Source: Haliscomenobacter sp.
GTDB taxonomy: Bacteria > Bacteroidota > Bacteroidia > Chitinophagales > Saprospiraceae
Assembly (NCBI RefSeq): GCF_965225875.1
Contig: NZ_CBDDBS010000003.1
Coordinates: 2,320,701 to 2,384,700, forward strand
Reading direction: 5' to 3'
DNA: 64,000 nt
Shown here: positions 9,722 to 18,653 of the stretch, one piece after another
Numbering within the stretch: position 1 is the stretch's first letter
How the letters are laid out: every line of letters starts with the position of its first letter
Notes under the pieces: generated by a model
What the model saw: only the letters and a program-made list of their open reading frames with translations
Databases searched by the model: none
Told to the model about the DNA's origin: nothing
Made by a program: the position numbers and the translations under genes

Positions 9722-9917
9722 GTACTGAGTGGGAGATCAATGGATAATTTAAGAGGCTGGGACTGATGAACAATTGTACCAGCAGGCTACGCAGTAATGC
9801 GAATACCCTAAATTTTCATTCTACCCTTAAAAACATTAATTTTGGACAAATTCCTGGCACGGACCACGGTCGAAACACGTCCAAACATGAGGATTTATAC
9901 AAAAGAAGAAAGAACAG

Positions 9918-11021
9918 ATGATCTATAGCATTGGCATTTTCTTAGCGTTTTTTCTCGCCCTATTGTCATTGTTTAAAAGAGGCCGCTCCACAGCTGATCT
10001 GACACTGGGTATTTGGTTGATGATTATGGGATGCCATACCTCTTTTTTTTATTTCACTTTTACTCATGATTTGCTTGACTATCCTCACTTATTGGCTTTA
10101 GATGTTCCAATGCCCTTTCTGCACAATCCCCTGTTTTACTGCTACGTTTTGGCCCTGATCAAGCCTAAAAAATTGACTACCCAACTTTTGTTGATGCACT
10201 TTTTTTTGCCCATCCTGATCTATTTACTGTTGATGCCACTATTTTTGGCCAGTACAAGTTATAAAATGGATTTAATCAGACGTGGGGTTGTTTTTGTAAC
10301 CTTGTCCAGGCTACTGATCACTTTCATGGCACTGAGCACTGCTGCTTATGCCTATCTCATCCAAAAGGAGTTAAACACCTATAAGACAGGTTTGAAACAA
10401 GCACTATCTGCTCATGATCGGCAACAATTGGCTTGGATCAACATCATTTTTTACACATTGATTGGAGCATGGCTGATTGTCCTCTTGACAGAAGTGGAAA
10501 TTTACATCTTTGGTGCACTGAGTTGTCTGGTTATCCTGATCGGCTACTTTGGCATCAAAAAAGTCGGCGTATTCACCAATCGCGAGCATCCCGAGGAAGA
10601 TCAGGCCCCAGCTTTAGTGCCGCAAAAAGACAAAAAAAAGTACAGCAATTCCGGGCTTAATTCCCTTGGCATTCAAGCTTTACAGCAACAATTGTTGGAA
10701 CTCATGGCCCAAGAAAAACCGTTTTTAAACCCGGAATTAACCCTTAGCGAACTGGCCGCACAACTACACACCCATCCCAATTACCTCTCCCAAGTTCTCA
10801 ATGATGAACTTCGGGCCAACTTTTATGATTACATCAATGCGCTGAGGGTGGAGGAGTTCAAACGCCTAGTGGCCTTACCCGAAAATCAAAAATATACCCT
10901 TCTTGCTTTGGCCCATCAAAGCGGGTTCAATTCCAAAGCATCATTCAACCGAAATTTCAAAAAGGTTACCCAAGAGTCGCCTTCCCTATTTTTAAAAAAA
11001 CAAGCCATAGCAATGGTTTAG
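9918..11021 (+). CDS. Membrane-anchored AraC family transcriptional regulator
   Basis: Multiple N-terminal TM segments, C-terminal AraC HTH (LTLSELAAQL, SGFNSKASFNRNFKK). TAATTTTG box at 9837-9844. Confidence 0.9.
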   Translation: MIYSIGIFLAFFLALLSLFKRGRSTADLTLGIWLMIMGCHTSFFYFTFTHDLLDYPHLLALDVPMPFLHNPLFYCYVLALIKPKKLTTQLLLMHFFLPILIYLLLMPLFLASTSYKMDLIRRGVVFVTLSRLLITFMALSTAAYAYLIQKELNTYKTGLKQALSAHDRQQLAWINIIFYTLIGAWLIVLLTEVEIYIFGALSCLVILIGYFGIKKVGVFTNREHPEEDQAPALVPQKDKKKYSNSGLNSLGIQALQQQLLELMAQEKPFLNPELTLSELAAQLHTHPNYLSQVLNDELRANFYDYINALRVEEFKRLVALPENQKYTLLALAHQSGFNSKASFNRNFKKVTQESPSLFLKKQAIAMV

Positions 11022-11087
11022 TAGTTTCATCTGTCAAGATGGGTCGACTGATTGATTCCGGGTGTGCATTTTTGCGCAAAAAACGCA

Positions 11088-11972
11088 ATGAATAGCAAAT
11101 CCATTAATCGTTACGTACTTACACTTTATGCTGTAAGCTGGGCGATTCAGCTGTTGACCATTTATACCAGTAAAGTTTTGAAGCTTGAGGATACCAGAAT
11201 GTGGTTGCTAGCGGGAACCATGCTGACCCCCACCATAATTACCCTTCTGTTCTTGCGGCGCAACCCTGAATGGAGGTCCTACTTGTTGCTTAAACCCAAT
11301 CGCCATCTGCTGTCCATGTCTTTTTGGAGCATTGTTAGTCACAGCGTACTTGCCTTTGGAACAGTTTTTATGGTTTTACAATTGAATTGGGGAACACATC
11401 CCTGGTTTCATTTTTCTTGGCAGGGGGTAGAAATACTGGGCGGGCCCTGGGTATTGGGAAAAGGACCGCAAAGCTGGTTGTTTTTTTTAGGCAATGGACT
11501 GGCCACTGCATTGGTTTTTGCGCTTTTAAATGGCGTGGTTGCTGCTGGTGAAGAGTTCGCCTGGCGAGGCTTTTTGCAAAATGTCTTGATTGAAAAACTG
11601 GGCTTGAACAAAGCGCTCCTTCTGACTGGATTAATCTGGTCATTCTGGCATTTGCCGATTTTTTTAGCCGGACACAACGAGCCAGAATACCCGGTTTTGG
11701 GGGCGTTTATCCTGGCACCAATCCGTTTGGTGGCGCTGTCTTTTTTTTGGGGTTGGCTAACTTTACGCTGTCGAAGCTTTATTCCCGCAGCACTGGCTCA
11801 TGCTGCTTTGAATTCCATCCAGGAAGGGGTTGTGGGCAATCTGGAGCTGTCGGTTGGAACGATTAATCGAGATGTATTGGTGCTAATTTTGACCATAGGA
11901 CTAGGCGTATGGGGGGCATTGATGTTGCGGAAAGACAAACTCTATGGGGTGAACACATTAGGATACAAGTAG
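11088..11972 (+). CDS. CPBP family intramembrane glutamic endopeptidase (Abi/CAAX)
   Basis: GEEFAWRG, WSFWH and AHAALN motifs; hydrophobic. ATG 11088 preferred. Confidence 0.88.
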   Translation: MNSKSINRYVLTLYAVSWAIQLLTIYTSKVLKLEDTRMWLLAGTMLTPTIITLLFLRRNPEWRSYLLLKPNRHLLSMSFWSIVSHSVLAFGTVFMVLQLNWGTHPWFHFSWQGVEILGGPWVLGKGPQSWLFFLGNGLATALVFALLNGVVAAGEEFAWRGFLQNVLIEKLGLNKALLLTGLIWSFWHLPIFLAGHNEPEYPVLGAFILAPIRLVALSFFWGWLTLRCRSFIPAALAHAALNSIQEGVVGNLELSVGTINRDVLVLILTIGLGVWGALMLRKDKLYGVNTLGYK

Positions 11973-12023
11973 CCAAAACCCTATGATTCATACCCATTTC
12001 CCCCATTTTTTTTATTTTTAAGC

Positions 12024-13187
12024 ATGAAAAACAAGCGCCTACCCTCCATCGACATCTTGCGGGCAGTAACCATGCTACTGATGATTTTCGTCAACGACCT
12101 TTGGAGTTTGACCAATGTTCCCCGCTGGCTACTGCATACCGCCGCGGAGGAGGATGGAATGGGTTTGTCCGATGTGGTATTTCCTGCTTTTTTATTCATT
12201 GTAGGACTGTCTATTCCCCACGCGCTGAAGGCGAGGTTGGAAAAAGGAGCCTCCAAGGTTTCGGTGCTGCTGCACATCCTCAGCAGAAGCTTGGCTTTGT
12301 TGGTCATGGGTCTATTCATGGTCAATCTGGAAAACATCGATGCTACCCAATTGCTGATCCGCAAGGAGTATTGGCAAATTTTGATGGCCCTGGCTTTTAT
12401 GCTCATTTGGAACAATTACCGAAGCCCGATGGTCTTTGGCGTAGTGCCTGCTATTTTCCTCAAAATTTTGGGCTGGCTCATTTTGGCCTTTTTGGCGTCC
12501 ATTTACCAAGGTGCGTCGGGCCATTGGATGATGATCCATTGGTGGGGTATTTTGGGTTTGATCGGCTGGGCCTATTTGTTGGTGGCTTTGCTGTATTTGT
12601 GGATTGGGAATAAAGTATGGTGGTTGGCCGTAGCCTGCATTGGGTTGTTTCTGCTCAATGTCAACGAATTTATTCGGCTGCTGGGGTTTGATTTCCAATT
12701 GGTGATCAGCGCGTCCACCCATGCCAGTGTGATGCTGGGGGTTTTGACCACGGTGATTTATACTCAATTGGCAGCCAAAGACCAATTGAAGTGGCTGATT
12801 CCCAGCTTAATTGGAATTGCATTGCTTTTGATTGCTTTTGGTTTCGCCACCCGACCCGAATGGGGCATCTCCAAAATTCGCGCCACACCTTCCTGGACGG
12901 CCATCTGCGCCGGGATCAGTATTCTGGCCTTTGTGCTGCTGCATTTTATTGCGGATGTGAAGGGGTTTATCAAGTGGGCAGCTGTCATTGCTCCGGCGGG
13001 ATCGAGTACTTTGACCTGCTACCTGATGCCTTATTTTGCTTATGCTATTGTGGAGCTATTGGGCTGGAGTTTGCCGGAGGTATTGACCGATGGGGCAGTC
13101 GGGCTACTCAAATCCACACTCTTTGCCTTGCTGGTCATTCAATTTACGGGCTTGTTGAATCGGGTTCAAATAGGATTGAAGATCTGA
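12024..13187 (+). CDS. DUF5009 / heparan-alpha-glucosaminide N-acetyltransferase-like membrane protein
   Basis: RLPSIDILRAVTMLLMIFVN, DVVFPAFLFIVG, ISKIRATPSW; multi-TM. Confidence 0.8.
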   Translation: MKNKRLPSIDILRAVTMLLMIFVNDLWSLTNVPRWLLHTAAEEDGMGLSDVVFPAFLFIVGLSIPHALKARLEKGASKVSVLLHILSRSLALLVMGLFMVNLENIDATQLLIRKEYWQILMALAFMLIWNNYRSPMVFGVVPAIFLKILGWLILAFLASIYQGASGHWMMIHWWGILGLIGWAYLLVALLYLWIGNKVWWLAVACIGLFLLNVNEFIRLLGFDFQLVISASTHASVMLGVLTTVIYTQLAAKDQLKWLIPSLIGIALLLIAFGFATRPEWGISKIRATPSWTAICAGISILAFVLLHFIADVKGFIKWAAVIAPAGSSTLTCYLMPYFAYAIVELLGWSLPEVLTDGAVGLLKSTLFALLVIQFTGLLNRVQIGLKI

Positions 13188-13216
13188 GGGATTAGGATTT
13201 AACAAAACACTGTATC

Positions 13217-13843
13217 ATGTACAAAATCAACCTATTAACATTGATCTTAATCTCAACCTTAACCAGTTTTTGTAGTTCTAAAAAAGAAAAAAGTACTCCT
13301 CCCAGTCCTGTAAAGCAAACAACGTCCTCTACTGTTCCAACCTTTGAAAAGGAAGATACCCTAGGGCCAAAAGAACTTAAAATGGAGTACTTCGATTTGA
13401 GCACCTTACCTCCCTCTCAATCTGTTTCTTTTTATGAATTTCAAGAAAAGAACAATACTGGGCTTGGGGTATTGAAACAAGGCTACAGCTTTAATCTGGT
13501 TTCGTGGATGCGGACAGAAGATTTTGGGATTAGATGTGTATTAATGACCTCAAAAGCTCCCGAAAAATATCTAAATACGGTGAGTGAAGCTGACTATGTT
13601 AAGTTCATTAATGCGGAGATAAAAAAGATTGTTCCAGCCTTATTTAAGGATAAAAATGTAGTGAATGCCATTATGGATGCTTTAAAAAAGCCGGATCATT
13701 ACACTTATTACCCTAAGACAAAAAGTTATAGTGTTTACGCCGAGCATAGTGACTATGATGAAATTACGATAGCTGCGGAGTGGCTTTTTTTAAAGAACTT
13801 GCACATCGCTATTGTTGCTAGGGGGATTGACACTAGTTGGTAA
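13217..13843 (+). CDS. Hypothetical exported protein (possible non-canonical lipoprotein), low GC
   Basis: 208-aa ORF with a hydrophobic N-terminus then FCSSKKEK. Hand count is about 36% GC over 13201-13800. Confidence 0.65.
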   Translation: MYKINLLTLILISTLTSFCSSKKEKSTPPSPVKQTTSSTVPTFEKEDTLGPKELKMEYFDLSTLPPSQSVSFYEFQEKNNTGLGVLKQGYSFNLVSWMRTEDFGIRCVLMTSKAPEKYLNTVSEADYVKFINAEIKKIVPALFKDKNVVNAIMDALKKPDHYTYYPKTKSYSVYAEHSDYDEITIAAEWLFLKNLHIAIVARGIDTSW

Positions 13844-14845
13844 TAATGATGATGATGTCATCACCTCACTGACAATCGAAAACGATTTAAGCTTTGCCGC
13901 TTTATCATAAATGTGGCTGGTAATCATCAATTCATCGATGCCTGTTTCCTCCACAAATGCCGATAATTTCCTTTGTAGGGTTTGTTTGCTCCCTGTAAAC
14001 GTGTAATACATCATACTTTGAATGGCCTGCTGTACATCTGGATTCCTAAAAACATCGGGCAAGGGTCCCGGGGCTTGCAATGGTCTTCGCTCATTGGTAA
14101 TGATGCCCAGGAACATTCGGTAAAGGCTGGTCGACAAAAACTCAGCTTCTTCATCCGTGTCAGCAGCCAGCACATTGACACAAGCCATTACATAAGGTTC
14201 TTCCAGTTGGGCAGAAGGGCGAAAATTCTTACGGTAAATCTCAATTGCCGTCCTGAATAGTCTTGGTGCAAAATGGGCCGCAAAGGCATACGGCAAGCCC
14301 ATACTAGCCGCAAGGTAGGCACTATCGGTGCTGGAACCCAAAATCCAGATCGGCACCTCCACCCCTTCCCCGGGGAAAGCCCTTACTTTGGATAATTTGT
14401 TGTCGGGGCTGAAATATTTTTGCAGTTGCAGGATCTCGGCCTGGAAATCATACTCAACATAGGCATTGTTTCTGCGCAAGGCCAGGGCGGTTTGCTGATC
14501 GGTTCCCGGGGCTCTTCCCAGTCCCAAATCAATTTTGCCCGGATAAATACTTGCCAGGGTTCCAAATTGTTCAGCTACCGTCAAAGGGCTGTGATTGGGC
14601 AGCATGATGCCACCAGAACCTACTCGAATTTTCCCGGCGGTGGCGCCGGCAATATGCCCAATCAACACCGCTGTAGCCGAGCTGGCCACGTGTTCCATAT
14701 TGTGATGCTCGGCCAGCCAGATTCTTTTGTACCCGAGCGATTCCGCATGTTGAGCCACTTCAACCGTTTTCCTGATGGCTTTAGCTGCATTGTCCCCTTC
14801 TGAAACCACAGCTAATTCTAAGACAGATACTGGAATATGCTTCAT
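13790..14845 (-). CDS. LLM class flavin-dependent oxidoreductase (luciferase-like monooxygenase)
   Basis: [39 protein letters not shown] motifs. Confidence 0.9.
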   Translation of the reverse strand: MKHIPVSVLELAVVSEGDNAAKAIRKTVEVAQHAESLGYKRIWLAEHHNMEHVASSATAVLIGHIAGATAGKIRVGSGGIMLPNHSPLTVAEQFGTLASIYPGKIDLGLGRAPGTDQQTALALRRNNAYVEYDFQAEILQLQKYFSPDNKLSKVRAFPGEGVEVPIWILGSSTDSAYLAASMGLPYAFAAHFAPRLFRTAIEIYRKNFRPSAQLEEPYVMACVNVLAADTDEEAEFLSTSLYRMFLGIITNERRPLQAPGPLPDVFRNPDVQQAIQSMMYYTFTGSKQTLQRKLSAFVEETGIDELMITSHIYDKAAKLKSFSIVSEVMTSSSLLPTSVNPPSNNSDVQVL

Positions 14846-14959
14846 CGTTCATTATTTGGTAAACCCCATCCAACATGGCTCATGTTTGGATAGAACCTAA
14901 CGTAGTCCGGAATAGTTTAACTCCCCGAAAAATCAATTTCCCTACTCCACGCATTTTTT

Positions 14960-14967
14960 TATCTTTG
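14960..14967 (+). promoter_or_regulatory. -7 promoter element for pyrR-pyrB
   Basis: TATCTTTG, 8 bp before the ATG at 14976. Confidence 0.6.
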
Positions 14968-14975
14968 CCCCATCT

Positions 14976-15533
14976 ATGGAAAAGCAACGCATCATCATCG
15001 GGCCCGAACGGTTTTCGCTGACCATTGAGCGGCTCTGCCACCAATTGGTTGAAGAATTTGATGATTTTAGCAACACCTGTATCATTGGCATTCAGCCACG
15101 CGGGGTTGCCTTATCGGAGCGAATTTACCGCCACCTCATCGACCAGCTCAATATTCCACACATCGATTACGGGGTACTGGACATCACCTTCTACCGCGAC
15201 GATTTTCGCCGCCCCGGAGCATCCATGCATGCCAGTGTGACTTCCATTGATTTTTTGGTGGAGAAAAAAAACGTGATCCTGGTAGACGACGTCTTGTACA
15301 CCGGACGCACGGTGCAAGCGGCCCTGACCGCCCTAAACCATTACGGCCGCCCTGATAAGGTGGAATTGCTGACCCTGGTGGATCGGCGTTTCAACCGCGA
15401 ATTGCCCATTCGTTCTACTTTCACTGGCATCAAGGTCGACGCCGTGGATCAGGCTTATGTCAAAGTGGAATGGGCCAATACCCACGGAGAAGACCGGGTT
15501 CTTTTATTTTCTGACAAAAAAGCGGCACAATAA
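14976..15533 (+). CDS. pyrR: Bifunctional pyrimidine regulator / uracil phosphoribosyltransferase
   Basis: IGIQPRG, LDITFYRDD, PRPP motif VILVDDVLYTGRT, RELPI. Confidence 0.92.
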   Translation: MEKQRIIIGPERFSLTIERLCHQLVEEFDDFSNTCIIGIQPRGVALSERIYRHLIDQLNIPHIDYGVLDITFYRDDFRRPGASMHASVTSIDFLVEKKNVILVDDVLYTGRTVQAALTALNHYGRPDKVELLTLVDRRFNRELPIRSTFTGIKVDAVDQAYVKVEWANTHGEDRVLLFSDKKAAQ

Positions 15534-15542
15534 CACGGGAAG

Positions 15543-16472
15543 ATGGCTAATCAACAACTAAGCAGCAAACACCTCCTGGGCATCAAAGACCTCAGCACCG
15601 AGGACATTCGGTTGATTTTTCACACCGCCACCAATTTTAAGGAAGTCATCAATCGCCCCATCAAAAAAGTGCCTTCGCTGCGCGACATCACCATCGCCAA
15701 CCTCTTTTTTGAAGATTCGACCCGTACCAGGGTTTCCTTTGAGTTGGCAGAAAAACGCCTCTCGGCCGATACCATCAACTTCTCCGCTTCTTCTTCTTCG
15801 GTCAAAAAAGGGGAAACCCTGCTCGATACGGTGAACAACATCCTGTCCATGAAAGTGGACATGGTGGTGATGCGCCACCCCGCTCCCGGCGCCTGCCAGT
15901 TTTTGGCCCAACACATCGATGCCAACATCATCAACGCTGGCGACGGCACCCACGAGCACCCCACCCAGGCGCTGCTCGACGCCTTCTCCATGCAGGAGCA
16001 ATTGGGTGACCTGGAAGGCAAAAACGTGGCCATTTTCGGCGACATCCTGCACTCAAGGGTAGCCTTGAGCAATATCTTTTGCCTGCAAAAATTGGGGGCT
16101 AAAGTCCGGGTTTGTGGCCCCCCTACCCTCATGCCCAAGTTCATCCACAAACTGGGCGTAGGCGTAAGCTACAACGTGCGCGAAACCCTGCAATGGTGCG
16201 ATGTGGCCAACGTGCTGCGCATCCAACTGGAGCGCCAAAACATCAAATATTTCCCTACCCTGCGCGAGTATTCGCAGTACTTCGGTATCAATCGACAGTT
16301 GCTGGATTCCCTGGATAAAAAAATTGTGATCATGCACCCTGGGCCGATCAATCGTGGGGTGGAGATCACGAGTGATGTGGCGGATTCTGAGCATTCGATC
16401 ATTTTGCAACAGGTGGAGAATGGGGTCGCGGTAAGGATGGCGGTGTTGTTTTTGTTGGCGGCGAAGGGGTGA
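15543..16472 (+). CDS. pyrB: Aspartate carbamoyltransferase catalytic subunit
   Basis: FFEDSTRT, NAGDG, HPTQ, GDILHSRVA, MHPGP. Confidence 0.96.
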   Translation: MANQQLSSKHLLGIKDLSTEDIRLIFHTATNFKEVINRPIKKVPSLRDITIANLFFEDSTRTRVSFELAEKRLSADTINFSASSSSVKKGETLLDTVNNILSMKVDMVVMRHPAPGACQFLAQHIDANIINAGDGTHEHPTQALLDAFSMQEQLGDLEGKNVAIFGDILHSRVALSNIFCLQKLGAKVRVCGPPTLMPKFIHKLGVGVSYNVRETLQWCDVANVLRIQLERQNIKYFPTLREYSQYFGINRQLLDSLDKKIVIMHPGPINRGVEITSDVADSEHSIILQQVENGVAVRMAVLFLLAAKG

Positions 16473-16513
16473 GGGAGAACACGGAGAATTTTATCCAAAG
16501 CGACATTTCATTG

Positions 16514-16642
16514 GCACAAAGGACACAATGGAAAGCACAGAGGACACAAAGTTAGACGTAGACAAGGATTATTCTTTAGAAATATGACCTCTGTCAACAT
16601 CTAACTTTGTGTCCTTTGTGCATTCCATTGTGTCCTTTGTGC
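16514..16642. repeat. Palindromic element F: 43-bp inverted arms, each a duplicated ~21-nt GCACAAAGGACACAA unit
   Basis: Arms 16514-16556 and 16600-16642 match at 41/43 around a 43-bp spacer, between convergent pyrB and the GxxExxY gene. Confidence 0.9.
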
Positions 16643-16688
16643 TAAAAAATGCTGCTTTTGCTACTACCAAACACATTGTGTTCCTCTT

Positions 16689-17060
16689 TCACAAAATCAC
16701 GCGTCGCACCCCATCCCGAAACAGCAAGGTGTTGAAATTCATCAAAAGCCCCAAATTACAATCTGCCAACCGCAAATAAGTCAACAGTTGCGCCAAATGC
16801 ACATCGGTCAGGGATTCAACGGCCTTCAATTCTATGATCAACTTTTCCTCGACCACTAAATCAGCCCGATAGCCTACCTCAAGTTTCACCTCGTTGTAAA
16901 TCAAGGGAATCGCCTTTTGCTTCTCCACCTTGAGCCCCAATTGCTTCACCTCATAAGCTAAGCACTCCAGATACGCATTTTCCAACAATCCTGGCCCCAG
17001 GGCCTTGTGTACCTTCAAACCACACCCAATGGCCAATCTGGCCAGTTCATTCTCTGACAT
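16689..17060 (-). CDS. GxxExxY protein (PD-(D/E)XK nuclease superfamily)
   Basis: 123 aa with GPGLLENAY (GxxExxY), YRADLVV...IIELK (D...ExK) and GLLMNF. Confidence 0.92.
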   Translation of the reverse strand: MSENELARLAIGCGLKVHKALGPGLLENAYLECLAYEVKQLGLKVEKQKAIPLIYNEVKLEVGYRADLVVEEKLIIELKAVESLTDVHLAQLLTYLRLADCNLGLLMNFNTLLFRDGVRRVIL

Positions 17061-17159
17061 AAAACAACTTTAAAAAGTGAATAAAGAGAAAGGATGTGTA
17101 AACAATTAAGGCACTCCAAAAATAAGTATCTTTACGCTAATACCAAAACATCAGCTCGC

Positions 17160-18623
17160 ATGTTAGCCATCCAAAAAAGATTAGCACCTTCCTTTTACGC
17201 CCTGCTCAGTTTGCCCTCTACGGCCATGGGTTTTGCCTTGTCGGTTCAAATTTCCGCCTTAAGCTGGATCTTGAGTACCAAGTACGGCCTGGCCATTCAC
17301 GACATTGGCCTGGTTTGGGCAGCCGGGCCTATTGCCGGTATTTTTGGACAGGTTATTGTAGGCCTGATCAGCGACAATGTCTGGTTTTGGGGTGGCCGTC
17401 GCAGGCCCTTTATCCTGGTGGGGGGGGCATTGGCCGCCTTGATGCTGCTGGCATTGCCCAATATCGGCGTCATTTCAAAAGCCATGGGCACCGATGCCTT
17501 GTTGGGCGTAGCCATCACCGTGGCGCTCACGCTCGATTTGGCGATCAACATCAGCTTCAACCCGACCCGCTCGATCATTGCCGATGTTACGCCTGCGGGC
17601 GATGCTCGTACCAAGGGCTATACCTGGATGCAAACCATTTCAGGTACCTTTGGGGTAGCTGCTTATGCAATCGGCGCCATTTGGGGCAATTATACCCTGA
17701 TTTATTTTGGTGCCATCCTGGTTTTGCTCATTTCAGTGATCCCTCCTTTTTTTATCGAAGAACCTCGGACCTTACAAGCTGAAGCCGATACTGCCGATGT
17801 TCCTCAACAAAAAGCCTCTTTTTCACAAATCGTCGTTGCCATCAGTCCTTTATGGGGTTATCTGCTGTATGCATTGATTGGCATCATTGCCCGGCTTCTG
17901 GATCAACCGGTTAGTTCCCTGTTGCAAGGCATTTGTGTCGGACTGACTATTGGCAGCATTTTGTTGATCTTTTTGTTGAAAAAATCTGCCTTTGGCCCCA
18001 AATACGCCCATTTGATCGACTTTCAAAAAATCCTCGCTGCACATTCCTTTACTTGGCTGGGCATTCAAACCATGTTCGTGTACATGTTCGCCTACGTGCA
18101 ACAAAAAATAGTGGGGCTGAGCGATGACCAAATGGGGCAAGTGGTCTCCATCTCTTTTTTGATTTTTAATGCCATCGCGGCAGTGTTACCCGCCATTTTG
18201 TTGCAGCCACTGACCAGCAAAATTGGGCGGGTAAAAACCCACCTGATTTGTATTGCCATCATGGCCTTGGGCTACGCGAGTATATTTTTGTTTGGACATT
18301 CGGTGTTCAGTATTTATGTATTGATGGGTGTAGTGGGGATTGGTTGGGCAGCCACGGTAAGCTTACCTTTTGCCATCATGTCTCAAACCATTGATCAAAC
18401 ACGGATGGGGATGTTTATGGGTTTGTTCAATTTATCGGTAGTTTTACCGCAGTTGGTCGCCAGCCTGGGGGTGGGTGAAGCCATCAGTGCAGCCGAGGAC
18501 AAGGGTCTCATTTTTATCATTTGTGCCCTAAGTCTGGCAATATCTGCCGTTCTATGGTTGTTCATTAAAGACAGTCAAAGCAAAATTGAAACAGAAACGC
18601 TTGTATCTGGCGGAGGCCATTGA
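17160..18623 (+). CDS. MFS sugar transporter (sucrose/maltose-H+ symporter-like)
   Basis: About 12 TM segments, GLISDNVWFWGGRRRPFI, SFNPTRSIIADV. ATG 17160 preferred. Confidence 0.85.
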   Translation: MLAIQKRLAPSFYALLSLPSTAMGFALSVQISALSWILSTKYGLAIHDIGLVWAAGPIAGIFGQVIVGLISDNVWFWGGRRRPFILVGGALAALMLLALPNIGVISKAMGTDALLGVAITVALTLDLAINISFNPTRSIIADVTPAGDARTKGYTWMQTISGTFGVAAYAIGAIWGNYTLIYFGAILVLLISVIPPFFIEEPRTLQAEADTADVPQQKASFSQIVVAISPLWGYLLYALIGIIARLLDQPVSSLLQGICVGLTIGSILLIFLLKKSAFGPKYAHLIDFQKILAAHSFTWLGIQTMFVYMFAYVQQKIVGLSDDQMGQVVSISFLIFNAIAAVLPAILLQPLTSKIGRVKTHLICIAIMALGYASIFLFGHSVFSIYVLMGVVGIGWAATVSLPFAIMSQTIDQTRMGMFMGLFNLSVVLPQLVASLGVGEAISAAEDKGLIFIICALSLAISAVLWLFIKDSQSKIETETLVSGGGH

Positions 18624-18653
18624 TATATTTACTTTTTTCAACAAACACATTCA

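Noticed and set aside
14904-14917. AGTCCGGAATAGTT as a PyrR-binding loop
   Set aside because: It matches only 11/14 of the consensus, misses the GAG core, has no supporting stem or terminator, and lies upstream of the -7 box.
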